Below, piece after piece: positions 10,881 to 20,016 of a DNA stretch of 64,000 nucleotides. The stretch covers positions 224,001-288,000 of the forward strand of contig OZ241857.1 of NCBI GenBank assembly GCA_965203315.1, read 5' to 3'. Both the position numbers and the translations under genes were made by a program. The notes below the pieces were generated by a model. It did no database searches, had not been told where the DNA came from, and saw only the letters and a list, made by a program, of their open reading frames with translations. The DNA is from Nitrosopumilus sp. GTDB lineage: Archaea > Thermoproteota > Nitrososphaeria > Nitrososphaerales > Nitrosopumilaceae. Every line of letters begins with the position of its first letter. Within the stretch, counting starts at the first letter, position 1.

Positions 10881-11015
10881 CCATATGTGAAGAAGCCGAT
10901 CAGAGTACATTCAGATGATAGAAGGCATGTGAGTCGATCCAAGCGATCACCTGTAAAGCGATCTAAAAGAGAAAATGCAAACGAACAGATTACCCATCTA
11001 AAAAAGAAAAACAAG

Positions 11016-12023
11016 ATGATCTATATCGGAATAGATGCACACAAGAGGTTTCTGCAAATTGCAGCAATGGATCAGGATGGCAAGCGTATACTCAATGAGC
11101 GTGTTGCTACAGATCATGACAGTCTCAAAAAATTCTTTGCACAATTTACACCACTCAATACACGTTGTGTGATGGAGTCATCATCAGTATGGTATTGGTT
11201 GTATAGATACTTGACAGATGAATTGGGATTTGATGTAGTACTATCGAATCCATATCAAACAAAGGCTATTGCCGAATCAAAGAAAAAGACAGACAAGGTG
11301 GATGCATGGACACTGGCAGATCTTTTAAGAGGAAATTATATCTCGCCTTGTTTTGTTCCTAGTGAATACACTGTTAAATTAAAACAGTTGGTTCGACATA
11401 GGGATGTAATTGTAAAGAGTAGAACAAAATACAAGAATCTCATACATGGGATATTACTGCAATATGGGATTAAAATACCTGGTTCAAGTTTTAGCAAGTC
11501 ATTTAGAGAGGAATTGAAGAAACTTGAGGATTATAGAATAGACAACTATCTAGATATGATAACTTGCCATGAAGAAATGATTAGACAGTTGGATATTAAA
11601 ATGCGTGAGGAAGTAAAGAAATCACAAGATGCGCAGCTGTTAAAGACAATTCCCGGAGTTGGAAATTTTGTTGCACTTGTTGTAATATCTAGTATTGGAG
11701 ATGTCAAGAGATTTCCAACTGTTCGTAAGATATGTTCGTATGCAGGAATAGTACCATCTGTTCGTAATTCAGCTGGTAAACAAAATCATGGACATATAAC
11801 GAGGAAAGGTGATAAAATGCTTAGATGGGCATTGACCGAAGCAGTTCATGTACACATAAAATGTGAGCCCCATAGTTACATTACAAAATTTCATAACAGA
11901 ATTAAAAAGAGACGCGCGGTAAGCAAAGCAACTGTTGCAACTGCCTCCAAACTACTACGATTGATGTACCATATGCTTATAGATAGGGATGATTATGTCA
12001 CACATTGTAGTCGAAATCATTAA
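11016..12023 (+). CDS. IS110-family DEDD recombinase
   Basis: Same DEDD and catalytic Ser-loop motifs; differs from copy 1 by a few substitutions. Confidence 0.92.
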   Translation: MIYIGIDAHKRFLQIAAMDQDGKRILNERVATDHDSLKKFFAQFTPLNTRCVMESSSVWYWLYRYLTDELGFDVVLSNPYQTKAIAESKKKTDKVDAWTLADLLRGNYISPCFVPSEYTVKLKQLVRHRDVIVKSRTKYKNLIHGILLQYGIKIPGSSFSKSFREELKKLEDYRIDNYLDMITCHEEMIRQLDIKMREEVKKSQDAQLLKTIPGVGNFVALVVISSIGDVKRFPTVRKICSYAGIVPSVRNSAGKQNHGHITRKGDKMLRWALTEAVHVHIKCEPHSYITKFHNRIKKRRAVSKATVATASKLLRLMYHMLIDRDDYVTHCSRNH

Positions 12024-12210
12024 CGTACGGAAGATATTTGAGATATCACTCGGCGACCTAAATGTACAGATTTTGACGAATGGACGAAGAATGATAGTGA
12101 GTTAACCACTCGAATGGATATATGTTCGCAGTCCTTTACATGGGAACACATCCCTAGCGTATGCTATGCACAATAGTCGTGAATCAGAGTAAATCTTTAT
12201 AAGCTATTCA
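12024..12210 (+). ncRNA. Candidate bridge/seek RNA region (3' non-coding end of the IS110)
   Basis: ~200-bp non-coding end, apparently identical in both copies; IS1111-type elements encode the guide RNA 3' of the ORF; short matches to the target seen; structure not computed. Confidence 0.5.
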
Positions 12211-12235
12211 CATGGATAATATCATACAAAAAGTG

Positions 12236-12505
12236 ATACTGCTGCTCGATGGTCCCAAGACGCATAAAGGAGAAGAGGTCGAAGAGTTCATCAAGGGCAA
12301 GGATATCAAACTCGTCTATCTGCCAAGAGCAATACCCGAGTTCAATCCAATCGAAGAGTATTGGCATCAACTCAAACGAGAGATCAAAGTTGGAGTATAC
12401 TATGAGACAGTTGAAGAGATGGAAGCTGCTGTGCGTGACTATCTAAAAAAGACACGACATACGCTCGATCTTTTGGCATTCATAAAAAGAGAGATCGTTG
12501 CATAA
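12236..12505 (+). pseudogene. IS630 transposase, C-terminal part
   Basis: LLLDG..TH and LP...PEFNPIE.YW motifs (DDE_3). Confidence 0.88.
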
Positions 12506-12509
12506 TGCG

Positions 12510-12752
12510 TCAAACTCGTGTTAGCGGCTTTCTTCCTCTACCGGGTTTGTCTTCTAGTCCCGCAATTCCTTCTCGCTTGTATCGTCTTAGCCAATTATAC
12601 ACGGTACGTTCCGTCATGCCAACATGCCTTGCCGTACGTGATATTGTGTTTTTATCAATTAGAACCATCTTTACACCAAAGATTCTAGTTCGTATGTGCG
12701 CGTACTTTTTATTTTTAAGAGCTAGAAGAAGATTTTTGTGTTTTGTACTCAA
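12510..12752 (-). CDS. Stand-alone HTH protein paralogous to the IS630 transposase N-terminus
   Basis: HIR..I...KM..D.....A..VG.TERTVYNWL......G..GLEDK.GRGRKP shared with the 7084 ORF. Confidence 0.7.
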   Translation of the reverse strand: MSTKHKNLLLALKNKKYAHIRTRIFGVKMVLIDKNTISRTARHVGMTERTVYNWLRRYKREGIAGLEDKPGRGRKPLTRV

Positions 12753-13395
12753 GATATCACTAAAAATTATATCAATGCGTGAATTTTAGTGTTTTAATGG
12801 ACATAACAGTGAAATTAATTCGTCATGTCACTATAGATATGACCAGTAATTGATGACCTGGATGATATATGGCATTGTACAACATTGCGTAAATGTTTCA
12901 ACTTGTATGCCCTTGCGATATATTCATAATCTATATGCGTCACTGATACTGTACAATAGTTTATGATGAGTTAGGCATGACCGAACCAGAATGCAGGTAT
13001 CTGTCTATTCAAGTTATTAGTAGATTGGTGAATTGGTGGTAAAGTTTGATACCCTGTGTTGTTCACTATTTTGAGTCGATTATGCAGCTGAAGAGTGACT
13101 TGAAAAGTGTTGTGTGATATCAACCCCACACAATCTAGTCGACATACATCTAGTTGGTAATGTTGGTGGACATCGACTGACGTTGCTCAAAAGACAACTA
13201 GACTGTGTATAAAAAACACCATACAGCTGATCTACAAACAGATTGTATCCATCATCTCTAGTATGGAATCACGTTGTTCAAATATTCATGTGTGTTGATC
13301 TGTTGCAGATCAAGTATATCTGTATGGTCACACTGTCAATCTGCTCGATCTTTATCGAGTCAACGATTTCAAGAATGTTCGAGATGATGGACTAT

Positions 13396-13956
13396 TTACA
13401 TCATCTCTAACTTGTATCGTATTTGGTTGATCATTCTTGCTGATGCACCCCAGATCTTCTTTTCATTATAGATAAAGTCACTATACATAATAGATCTGTC
13501 TATATTCGCGCTGTTGTTTGTGGCGTTCCGCAGTAGGCCATCTAGCGAGATATGAAATATCTGCTCTACTTCACTATTTGCGCGCAGTGAATGAACATCA
13601 TCAATTACTGACACAAAAGGCAATATAACAAATCCAGAGTTGTTTGTTATGACTGGTTTCAACTGGCCGACTACTTGATCTACCTCTAGCGTTACACCTA
13701 TCTCTTCACTAGTCTCCCGTAATGCAGTGTGTAATAGATCGGGATCGTCTTTTTCCATCTTTCCGCCGGGAAAAGATATCTCACCAGCATGATGTTTCAA
13801 ATTTCTGGACTTTTCAGTCATTATTATGGTTGGTTCTTGATCATATATTACGATCATTACAGCTGCGTGTTGATATTCATTACACCTGAGTGTGGACTCG
13901 ATCGGTGTAGTTAGCGCAGATCTTATACTAGCAAGTTGCATATATATCAAGTGCAA
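13396..13956 (-). CDS. Nudix hydrolase, CoA pyrophosphatase-like
   Basis: H.GEISFPGG..E.......ALRETSEEIG Nudix box and IWGASA motif. Confidence 0.9.
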   Translation of the reverse strand: MHLIYMQLASIRSALTTPIESTLRCNEYQHAAVMIVIYDQEPTIIMTEKSRNLKHHAGEISFPGGKMEKDDPDLLHTALRETSEEIGVTLEVDQVVGQLKPVITNNSGFVILPFVSVIDDVHSLRANSEVEQIFHISLDGLLRNATNNSANIDRSIMYSDFIYNEKKIWGASARMINQIRYKLEMM

Positions 13957-14119
13957 TGTCTATTATTCAAAGTTTTTATTTGCAAGACTAATAGATGAAT
14001 CACTCATCTCAAGTCGGAGACGCGAGATCAGTCTTACTCATGTACAAAGTAGGTTAGGCAATTAGCTACCTGGTCACTAACATGTACTGAACCAACAAAT
14101 CAAACAGATCGTAATCTTG

Positions 14120-14262
14120 GTTATTGCGTCACCACTCCCTCTCTTTGAGATACAGTAAAAATTTCTTTTGACTGGCCCACGATACTTTACCATGTTTACT
14201 TTCGCAAAGCCCCAAAAACCTTTCCATTCCATTGATGTGCATCTCACATCTGGCAAAGATTC
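14120..14262 (-). mobile_element. IS1595 transposase remnant
   Basis: Reverse-complement similarity to 3490-3630 (HINGME.FWGFAK region). Confidence 0.65.
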
Positions 14263-14440
14263 GGTTCTTTTAACTTAACAGGAGGTTGATAGTTTTCACG
14301 CAACATTCTCTAAAAATTTTACAAGTTGTGAAAAAATGGTTAGATCGCCTATTGTAGATTATTGCTGTTTTGAGTTGCAGACAGTACGTTTCTTGAAATA
14401 CCTGCATCTTAATCTTAACCCCTAGATAAGTTAAAAAACC
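14263..14440. mobile_element. MITE family A copy (opposite orientation to 3227)
   Basis: TIR ggttcttttaactta and internal similarity. Confidence 0.85.
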
Positions 14441-14463
14441 CGAACAAGGACGATGATAGTATC

Positions 14464-14895
14464 ATGATGATCAATCAAACAGGTGTAACAGAGGTTGCAG
14501 ATTATAGACTTGATGATCCACGCGGTGTACAGATAGGACCAGTATACAGATCAGTATCAGGTTCTTCTGGACAAGACATACCAGATAATGATCAACCCGA
14601 GTTTGACGTATTATTGCAAAACGGTACACGTGCTAGTACGCCGCTGTTTATGACATCAAACAGCTCTATCACATTATACGTGAACGCAACTGACCCACAG
14701 GACGATCCAATCACGATTGATATCATACCTGAACTCATACCTGAATCTAGTTTATTATTCATAGATAACAAGAACGGCACAGCTAGTGTAACTGTAGATA
14801 CCACAGGTATGGATACTGGTAACTATCTGTTCTGGATCAAAGTATCTGATGATACAGAGTTTGATCAGGTGCCATTTTTGGTGAGTGTACAATGA
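14464..14895 (+). CDS. Acidic Ig/cadherin-like domain protein, possibly 5'-truncated by the MITE; coupled to the serpin
   Basis: VNATDPQDDPITI motif; ATGA overlap with the serpin start. Confidence 0.55.
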   Translation: MMINQTGVTEVADYRLDDPRGVQIGPVYRSVSGSSGQDIPDNDQPEFDVLLQNGTRASTPLFMTSNSSITLYVNATDPQDDPITIDIIPELIPESSLLFIDNKNGTASVTVDTTGMDTGNYLFWIKVSDDTEFDQVPFLVSVQ

Positions 14896-16160
14896 ACAGA
14901 CTTGCAATAGTATCTATCATAATCGGCATATCATCTCTTGTTACCATACTAGCTGTTACAAATATTACAGTCTCTGATACACAGATACAATCTATAGACA
15001 GATCAGACTACGTGCCCAAAGATATTGTAGCTGCAAACAATGACTTTGCCATAAACTTTTACAAAGCCATCTACAACGATACTGATCACGAGGACAAGAA
15101 CATCTTTTTCTCACCAACTAGCATGGCTACTGCATTTTCGATGTTGTATGAAGGAGCTCGCCAAAACACGGCAATACAGATGGAAGATGTCTTTGGATTT
15201 GATCCCAATACTCAGAGTCGACATGACACTATCACAGAATTAATGACATCGCTGAACCCTCAAGATCAAAATGTAACACTAACTCTGGCAAATGCCTTGT
15301 GGGTTGCAAAACAGTACGAACTGTACGAATCATATACAGATACAATACGTAATGTATATCTAGCAGATGTCGAAAACGTAGACTTTACAGATACTACAGA
15401 TGGTGTTGTAAAGATCAACAAGTGGGCAGACGACAAAACAAATGGAAAGATCAAAAAGATAATGACTCCAGGCAGCGTCAACGAGTCAACAGTTGCTGTA
15501 CTAACTAACGCAATCTATTTTAAAGGAAACTGGTTGACACAGTTCTCTGAAAGTGGCACAACAAAGGAGACCTTTTGGACAGGCACAAGTAACGTTGAAG
15601 CAGACTTTATGAATCTCTTTTCAAATAAATTCAACTATGCAGCAACAGATGGCATCCAAATACTTCGACTTGCATATGAGGGGGAATTATTATCGATGTT
15701 GATTATACTGCCTGATGATCCTGAGAGCATATCTGCGCTTGAAGAGTCTCTCTCTTCCGATATGATCACCAAGTGGCGAGATAAATTGAAAAACGTAAAA
15801 GTTGATATCTCGATACCAAAGTTTGAGACAAGTACAAAATATGAATTGAACAAACCACTCAAAGAGATGGGAATGTCTGATGTATTTGACCGAAGTGAAT
15901 CTGATTTGCGTGGCATGGCAGATGTTGGTGGATTACCAGGTAACATCTACGTTCAAAAAGCGATTCAAAATGCATATGTCAAAGTAAATGAAGAAGGGAC
16001 AGAAGCCACAGCGGTTACCGCCATAACAGTAACTACTGCGTCTGCTCCCCCTCCCACACCATACTTTAACGCTAATCATCCGTTTCTCTTTCTGATACAA
16101 GATGATCAGAGTGGTGCAATACTATTCATGGGCAAGATAGTCGATCCAACTTTGGACTGA
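14892..16160 (+). CDS. Secreted serpin (full length, inhibitory-type hinge)
   Basis: N-terminal TM/signal; NIFFSP.S, NAIYFKG.W, VNEEGTEATAVT hinge and F.ANHPFLFLI motifs. Confidence 0.95.
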   Translation: MNRLAIVSIIIGISSLVTILAVTNITVSDTQIQSIDRSDYVPKDIVAANNDFAINFYKAIYNDTDHEDKNIFFSPTSMATAFSMLYEGARQNTAIQMEDVFGFDPNTQSRHDTITELMTSLNPQDQNVTLTLANALWVAKQYELYESYTDTIRNVYLADVENVDFTDTTDGVVKINKWADDKTNGKIKKIMTPGSVNESTVAVLTNAIYFKGNWLTQFSESGTTKETFWTGTSNVEADFMNLFSNKFNYAATDGIQILRLAYEGELLSMLIILPDDPESISALEESLSSDMITKWRDKLKNVKVDISIPKFETSTKYELNKPLKEMGMSDVFDRSESDLRGMADVGGLPGNIYVQKAIQNAYVKVNEEGTEATAVTAITVTTASAPPPTPYFNANHPFLFLIQDDQSGAILFMGKIVDPTLD

Positions 16161-16252
16161 TCTAACAACCAATAGTTTGTATTGTGTGACAGAGATCGTT
16201 TGAATCCGGCAAGTCACGAATATGTTGTATGAGCGCAACGGGATTCGATTCC
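16161..16252 (+). repeat. Serpin 3' flanking element, copy 2
   Basis: Similarity to 680-769 and 19427-19516. Confidence 0.7.
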
Positions 16253-16424
16253 GGTTCTGTTAACGTGACTGGAGTTAGCATCTTCACAAAATTCTCGAAA
16301 CTTTGCAAAATATGGAAACGGCATTACATCGGCTATTGTAAATTACTGCTGTTTTGAGTCAGATATTGTGCGTTCTTTGAGATAACGTCATCACGATCTC
16401 AGCCCCAGTCAATTGAACAGAACC
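16253..16424. mobile_element. MITE family B (~173 bp)
   Basis: TIR ggttctgtt..../aacagaacc; other copies at 34873, 55671 and 63127. Confidence 0.85.
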
Positions 16425-16428
16425 GAAA

Positions 16429-18945
16429 TCAGATAACAAAGTACTTTGCATCCTTGTGATGTACGACAATTGCTGCTGTTGACTGTTCTGGTATTATCTG
16501 GCCTGCTGTTGTAAGTGTCATACCTGACTCTTCTGGACGTAATATCTTCCAAACTAGATTATGCTGCGATATATCTGGACAGCTAGGATATCCCCAACTG
16601 TACCGTAATCCACACTCACTCAGGCCTAGATCTGATCGAATTCTGCGATTTATCCACTCTGCTAGTGCTTCAGCTGTTGCGACTGCCAAACCGTGCAGAT
16701 AGTATGCGTCTGTGTATCTGTCCTTGTTGTTCCATTCTTCGATGATATCTGCAACCTTGTTACCTACAGTCACTGCTTGAAACGCTACGATATCATCTTT
16801 AGCAAAATAATCTGCAAGACAGAGATGTTCTGGTTTGGTCGAGCGTGGAAAATCTAGTGTAATATCGCCGTCAGCATAATCTACTATTAGTTTGGTGTCT
16901 TTACTATGGCATCTAAAGTATCCATATACTGCCTTTGATTCAAACAAATCCTCGTTTACAACTTTGGTCTTCCATTCATTAAATAGAGCATCTATGTCTT
17001 GTTCTTGTACTGCACTGGCTCTACCACGAATACCCCAAGACATCGTTACTAGTGTCTTTTTATCTATCATCTCAAATACCTGATCGATATCTATCTCATC
17101 TGTATCTAGGCGTATAGATCTATTGATCATATCTCTATCCACTAGACTTGATACGATATCTGTTGTTAGAGGTGCAGGCACTATCTTACTCTTTGGAATA
17201 CTCGTTTGATCTATTGTCTTGTTAGATCGCTCTTTCCACTCTGCTAGTTTGTCTCTCCACTCTTTCAGAAATATATCTCGTTGATCAGACATTATCATAT
17301 CCATAGTCTTTAGACCTTCAAACATAGTATTACAGTAAAAGACACCGTCTTTGTAGATGTGATCCTCTTTTGCAATTCGATTGATATAGTTGCTATTGAT
17401 TGCGGCCCCTCCACAAAGTATTGGAATATGCATGTTGTGTTTTCTTGCATGATCTACAAACAACTGCATCTGTTTTGATGTGGATACTAGTAGAGCAGAG
17501 AGACCAACTGCATCGGGCTGTACGCTCTCTATCTCTTCCATAAATCTCTGTAGTGGTACCTGCTTGCCTAGATCATATACGTCATAACCATTATTCTGAA
17601 ATATTGTCTTTACCAGATTCTTGCCAATGTCATGTACGTCTCCGTATACAGTTCCAAGTACTAGCTTGCCTTTACTAGTTCCCTTCTCTTTGAGCAGATA
17701 CTTTTCTAGCTCACTTACAGCTACCTTCATACATTCGGCAGACTTTAAGACAAACGGAAGGATGAGTTGGCCTGATCCAAACTTGTCACCCACCTCTTTC
17801 ATTGCAGGTAGTAGAGAATTGTTGAGCGTCTTTATCGCACCTGTATGTGTGGTACTTGGTTCTGCAGCCAAATAGAGTTGACCGTCACGATCACGTACTA
17901 GAGATTCATCTCCTAGACTCTCTGCAATGGCACACACGACATCATTCTGTATACCATCTTTGAGTCTATTTACAACTCTAAAGTTTACTCGTCTGTTTGC
18001 AGGCCATGTAGGATCTACATCGATCTTGTTCTCTTTTGCAGACGTCTCTCCTATATTCTCATAATATACTACGAGCTCTGGTAGTGCATTGCGTCTAGTA
18101 TTGAATATTAGAGCATCGGCAAGTTCACGTTCCTTTACTGATATGTCATTGTATGGTATGATCTCTTTTGCATTAACGATGGCAGTGTCGAGACCAGCTT
18201 GAACTGCATGATGTAAAAAGACAGAGTTTAAGATCTTGCGTGCTTGCGGAATCAAACCAAAACTGATATTACTTAATCCCAGAGTTGTAAATGACTCTGG
18301 AAATCTAGCCTTTACTAGGCGTATTCCTTCTAACGTATCTTTACCTGCTGTTAGAAACTCTTCTTCACCGGTAGCCAATGTAAAAGTCAAGACATCAAAG
18401 ATAAACTGTTCTGGTTTTAGTCCATACTCTTGTCCTGTATTGTACAAGAGCTCTGCAGTCTCTAACTTTTGTTGCGGAGTCTTTGCCATCCCTTTTGGTC
18501 CTATGCATAGTGCTATGGCCGGTAGACCATACTTGGCCATTATGGGAGCCAATAGTCTAAATCGCTGTCCATCTCCTTCCAAATTGATCGAGTTTATTAT
18601 GGGTCGACCAGGAATCTGTCTGACCGCTGCTATGATGACGTCTGGATCTGTAGAGTCTATGACTAGTGGCGCTGTAATCTCTATACTCAACTGTTTTACC
18701 AATCTCTTCATAAATTCTAGTTCATCAGAACGCTCAGTGGTTGCAACACAGATATCTAGACAATGTGCACCATCTTTCACCTGTTCTCTCGCAAGATCAA
18801 CTAGACCCTCGTAATCATCATCGAGTACCATCCTCTTTGCCTTTTTAGATCCTTGGGTGTTTACACGTTCACCGATTATCAGTGGTGGCGGGATCTGTCG
18901 CAGATCTACTGCTTTTAGTGCTGAACTAACTCGCGGTGTTGCCAA
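16429..18945 (-). CDS. metH: Cobalamin-dependent methionine synthase, pterin/B12-binding/reactivation part
   Basis: IGERVN..GSKK, GDVHDIGKN and RYSWGYPSCPD motifs; lacks the homocysteine-binding domain. Confidence 0.93.
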   Translation of the reverse strand: MATPRVSSALKAVDLRQIPPPLIIGERVNTQGSKKAKRMVLDDDYEGLVDLAREQVKDGAHCLDICVATTERSDELEFMKRLVKQLSIEITAPLVIDSTDPDVIIAAVRQIPGRPIINSINLEGDGQRFRLLAPIMAKYGLPAIALCIGPKGMAKTPQQKLETAELLYNTGQEYGLKPEQFIFDVLTFTLATGEEEFLTAGKDTLEGIRLVKARFPESFTTLGLSNISFGLIPQARKILNSVFLHHAVQAGLDTAIVNAKEIIPYNDISVKERELADALIFNTRRNALPELVVYYENIGETSAKENKIDVDPTWPANRRVNFRVVNRLKDGIQNDVVCAIAESLGDESLVRDRDGQLYLAAEPSTTHTGAIKTLNNSLLPAMKEVGDKFGSGQLILPFVLKSAECMKVAVSELEKYLLKEKGTSKGKLVLGTVYGDVHDIGKNLVKTIFQNNGYDVYDLGKQVPLQRFMEEIESVQPDAVGLSALLVSTSKQMQLFVDHARKHNMHIPILCGGAAINSNYINRIAKEDHIYKDGVFYCNTMFEGLKTMDMIMSDQRDIFLKEWRDKLAEWKERSNKTIDQTSIPKSKIVPAPLTTDIVSSLVDRDMINRSIRLDTDEIDIDQVFEMIDKKTLVTMSWGIRGRASAVQEQDIDALFNEWKTKVVNEDLFESKAVYGYFRCHSKDTKLIVDYADGDITLDFPRSTKPEHLCLADYFAKDDIVAFQAVTVGNKVADIIEEWNNKDRYTDAYYLHGLAVATAEALAEWINRRIRSDLGLSECGLRYSWGYPSCPDISQHNLVWKILRPEESGMTLTTAGQIIPEQSTAAIVVHHKDAKYFVI

Positions 18946-19022
18946 TATGTAAGATGGCTTGGGTTTTTCTAAATACTTAACTTTTGTATTGGATTTGGGG
19001 TAAGGTATTGGGTTTCACGCAT

Positions 19023-19137
19023 GGTTCTCTTCGGTTTATCTGAGATAGAATTTTTACAGAAAAAGTACTACGTGACTCGAGAAAATTTAGCGAGAACAGT
19101 CTTGTAAAATACCATCACACGTAAATCGAAGAGATCC
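19023..19137. mobile_element. MITE family C (~115 bp)
   Basis: End acgtaaatcgaagagatcc; about ten related copies in the window. Confidence 0.75.
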
Positions 19138-19237
19138 TAAATTAATATAATCGTACATATTAGTATCTATTGACACTGAGTTACTCTAAAGCAATTTCGT
19201 AGAAGGTGTTCTAGACCCTTCTACACCCTTTTGTATC

Positions 19238-19426
19238 ATGCATGTAACACATGATGAAATTGGTGCAGATAAAGAAATTGAGCCAGCCCGACTTATCCTT
19301 CATGGTGGTAAATTCATACCAAAAACATTTTTTCATGTTGACAAACCATTCATATTCTTTGTACAAGATAATGACACTGGGCTGATACTATTCATGGGCA
19401 AGATAGTCGATCCAACTTTGGGCTGA
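19238..19426 (+). pseudogene. Orphan serpin C-terminal fragment (reactive-centre loop plus terminal strands)
   Basis: F.VDKPFIFFVQD..TGLILFMGKIVDPTLG; last ~40 nt nearly identical to the serpin end at 16160. Confidence 0.8.
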
Positions 19427-19516
19427 TCTAGCAATTAGTCATTTGTATTGTATGATGCCGATCGAATATCGTTTAAGTCACGAATGTGTTGTATGGATAC
19501 GATAGAGTTTGAACTC
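19427..19516 (+). repeat. Serpin 3' flanking element, copy 3
   Basis: Similarity to 680-769. Confidence 0.75.
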
Positions 19517-19862
19517 ATGGTTTGCCCGTGTATTCATTGATGAGGAATCTGCTATGCCGATCTTCAACATGTGTTCGAACTTCTATTATCTTAATAGTAT
19601 TATTGGTGGTGAGTTAAGCCTATGCATAGCTCAAAAAAGTTGGTTTCGCCTAGGAACCATCTCTTATTTTGATAATTCAAAAGGTCTTTTCAATATGAAG
19701 ATGAATCTATCATACAGATACAAAAGATTGATCGTAGACACAAGTCTGTCAACATTAGTAAAATACATAATCCCCTAATCTGACGATACATGCAATGAGT
19801 ATCTGCATAGAGTTAGAACAATATGTGAAAGAAACTAGTTGCCTACAGATGACGCGATTCGC

Positions 19863-19981
19863 TATCCATTATCCATTATCCATTATCCATTATCCATTAT
19901 CCATTATCCATTATCCATTATCCATTATCCATTATCCATTATCCATTATCCATTATCCATTATCCATTATCCATTATCCAT
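19863..19981. repeat. Perfect tandem repeat (TATCCAT)x17
   Basis: Counted directly; followed by TTATATAA and the ATG at 20017. Confidence 0.97.
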
Positions 19982-20016
19982 TATATAATGACACAAAGTT
20001 TGAGGGGTGCCTCTAG

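Larger units (their letters stand above)
10883..12221 (+). mobile_element. IS110/IS1111-type element, copy 2
   Basis: As copy 1; inserted between acctaacc and tcatac of the IS66 right TIR. Confidence 0.9.
7861..12227 (+). mobile_element. IS66-family (single-ORF, ISBst12-like) element with an IS110 in each TIR
   Basis: Ends GTAAG.. / ..CATAC; 8-bp TSD aaaaagtg at 7853-60 and 12228-35; inner TIR halves ggttaggtc (9206) and gacctaacc (10874). Confidence 0.88.
7005..12833 (+). mobile_element. IS630-family element interrupted by the IS66/IS110 nest
   Basis: TIRs tagtgacaagataaattaatttca / tgaaattaattcgtcatgtcacta; TA duplication at a CTAG site. Confidence 0.85.

Noticed and set aside
10887-11015. 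43-aa N-terminal extension of the IS110 protein
   Set aside because: The GTG lies in the sub-terminal IR; the family normally starts just before the GID motif, so this is probably non-coding
7867-12221. Classical composite transposon of two IS110 flanking an IS66 gene
   Set aside because: The outer termini and 8-bp TSD are IS66-type; the IS110 copies lie inside the IS66 TIRs
14000-14095. GCAA-loop hairpin upstream of the Nudix gene as an ncRNA
   Set aside because: Single weak hairpin with no recognisable family
14892-19426. Diversity-generating retroelement acting on the serpin RCL
   Set aside because: No reverse transcriptase, and the differences are not adenine-specific
19795-20016. ORF with IIHYPLS repeats; possible CRISPR array; DnaA boxes
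   Set aside because: Translation artefact of the heptamer array; no spacers; TTATCCA only partly matches a DnaA box and the host appears archaeal
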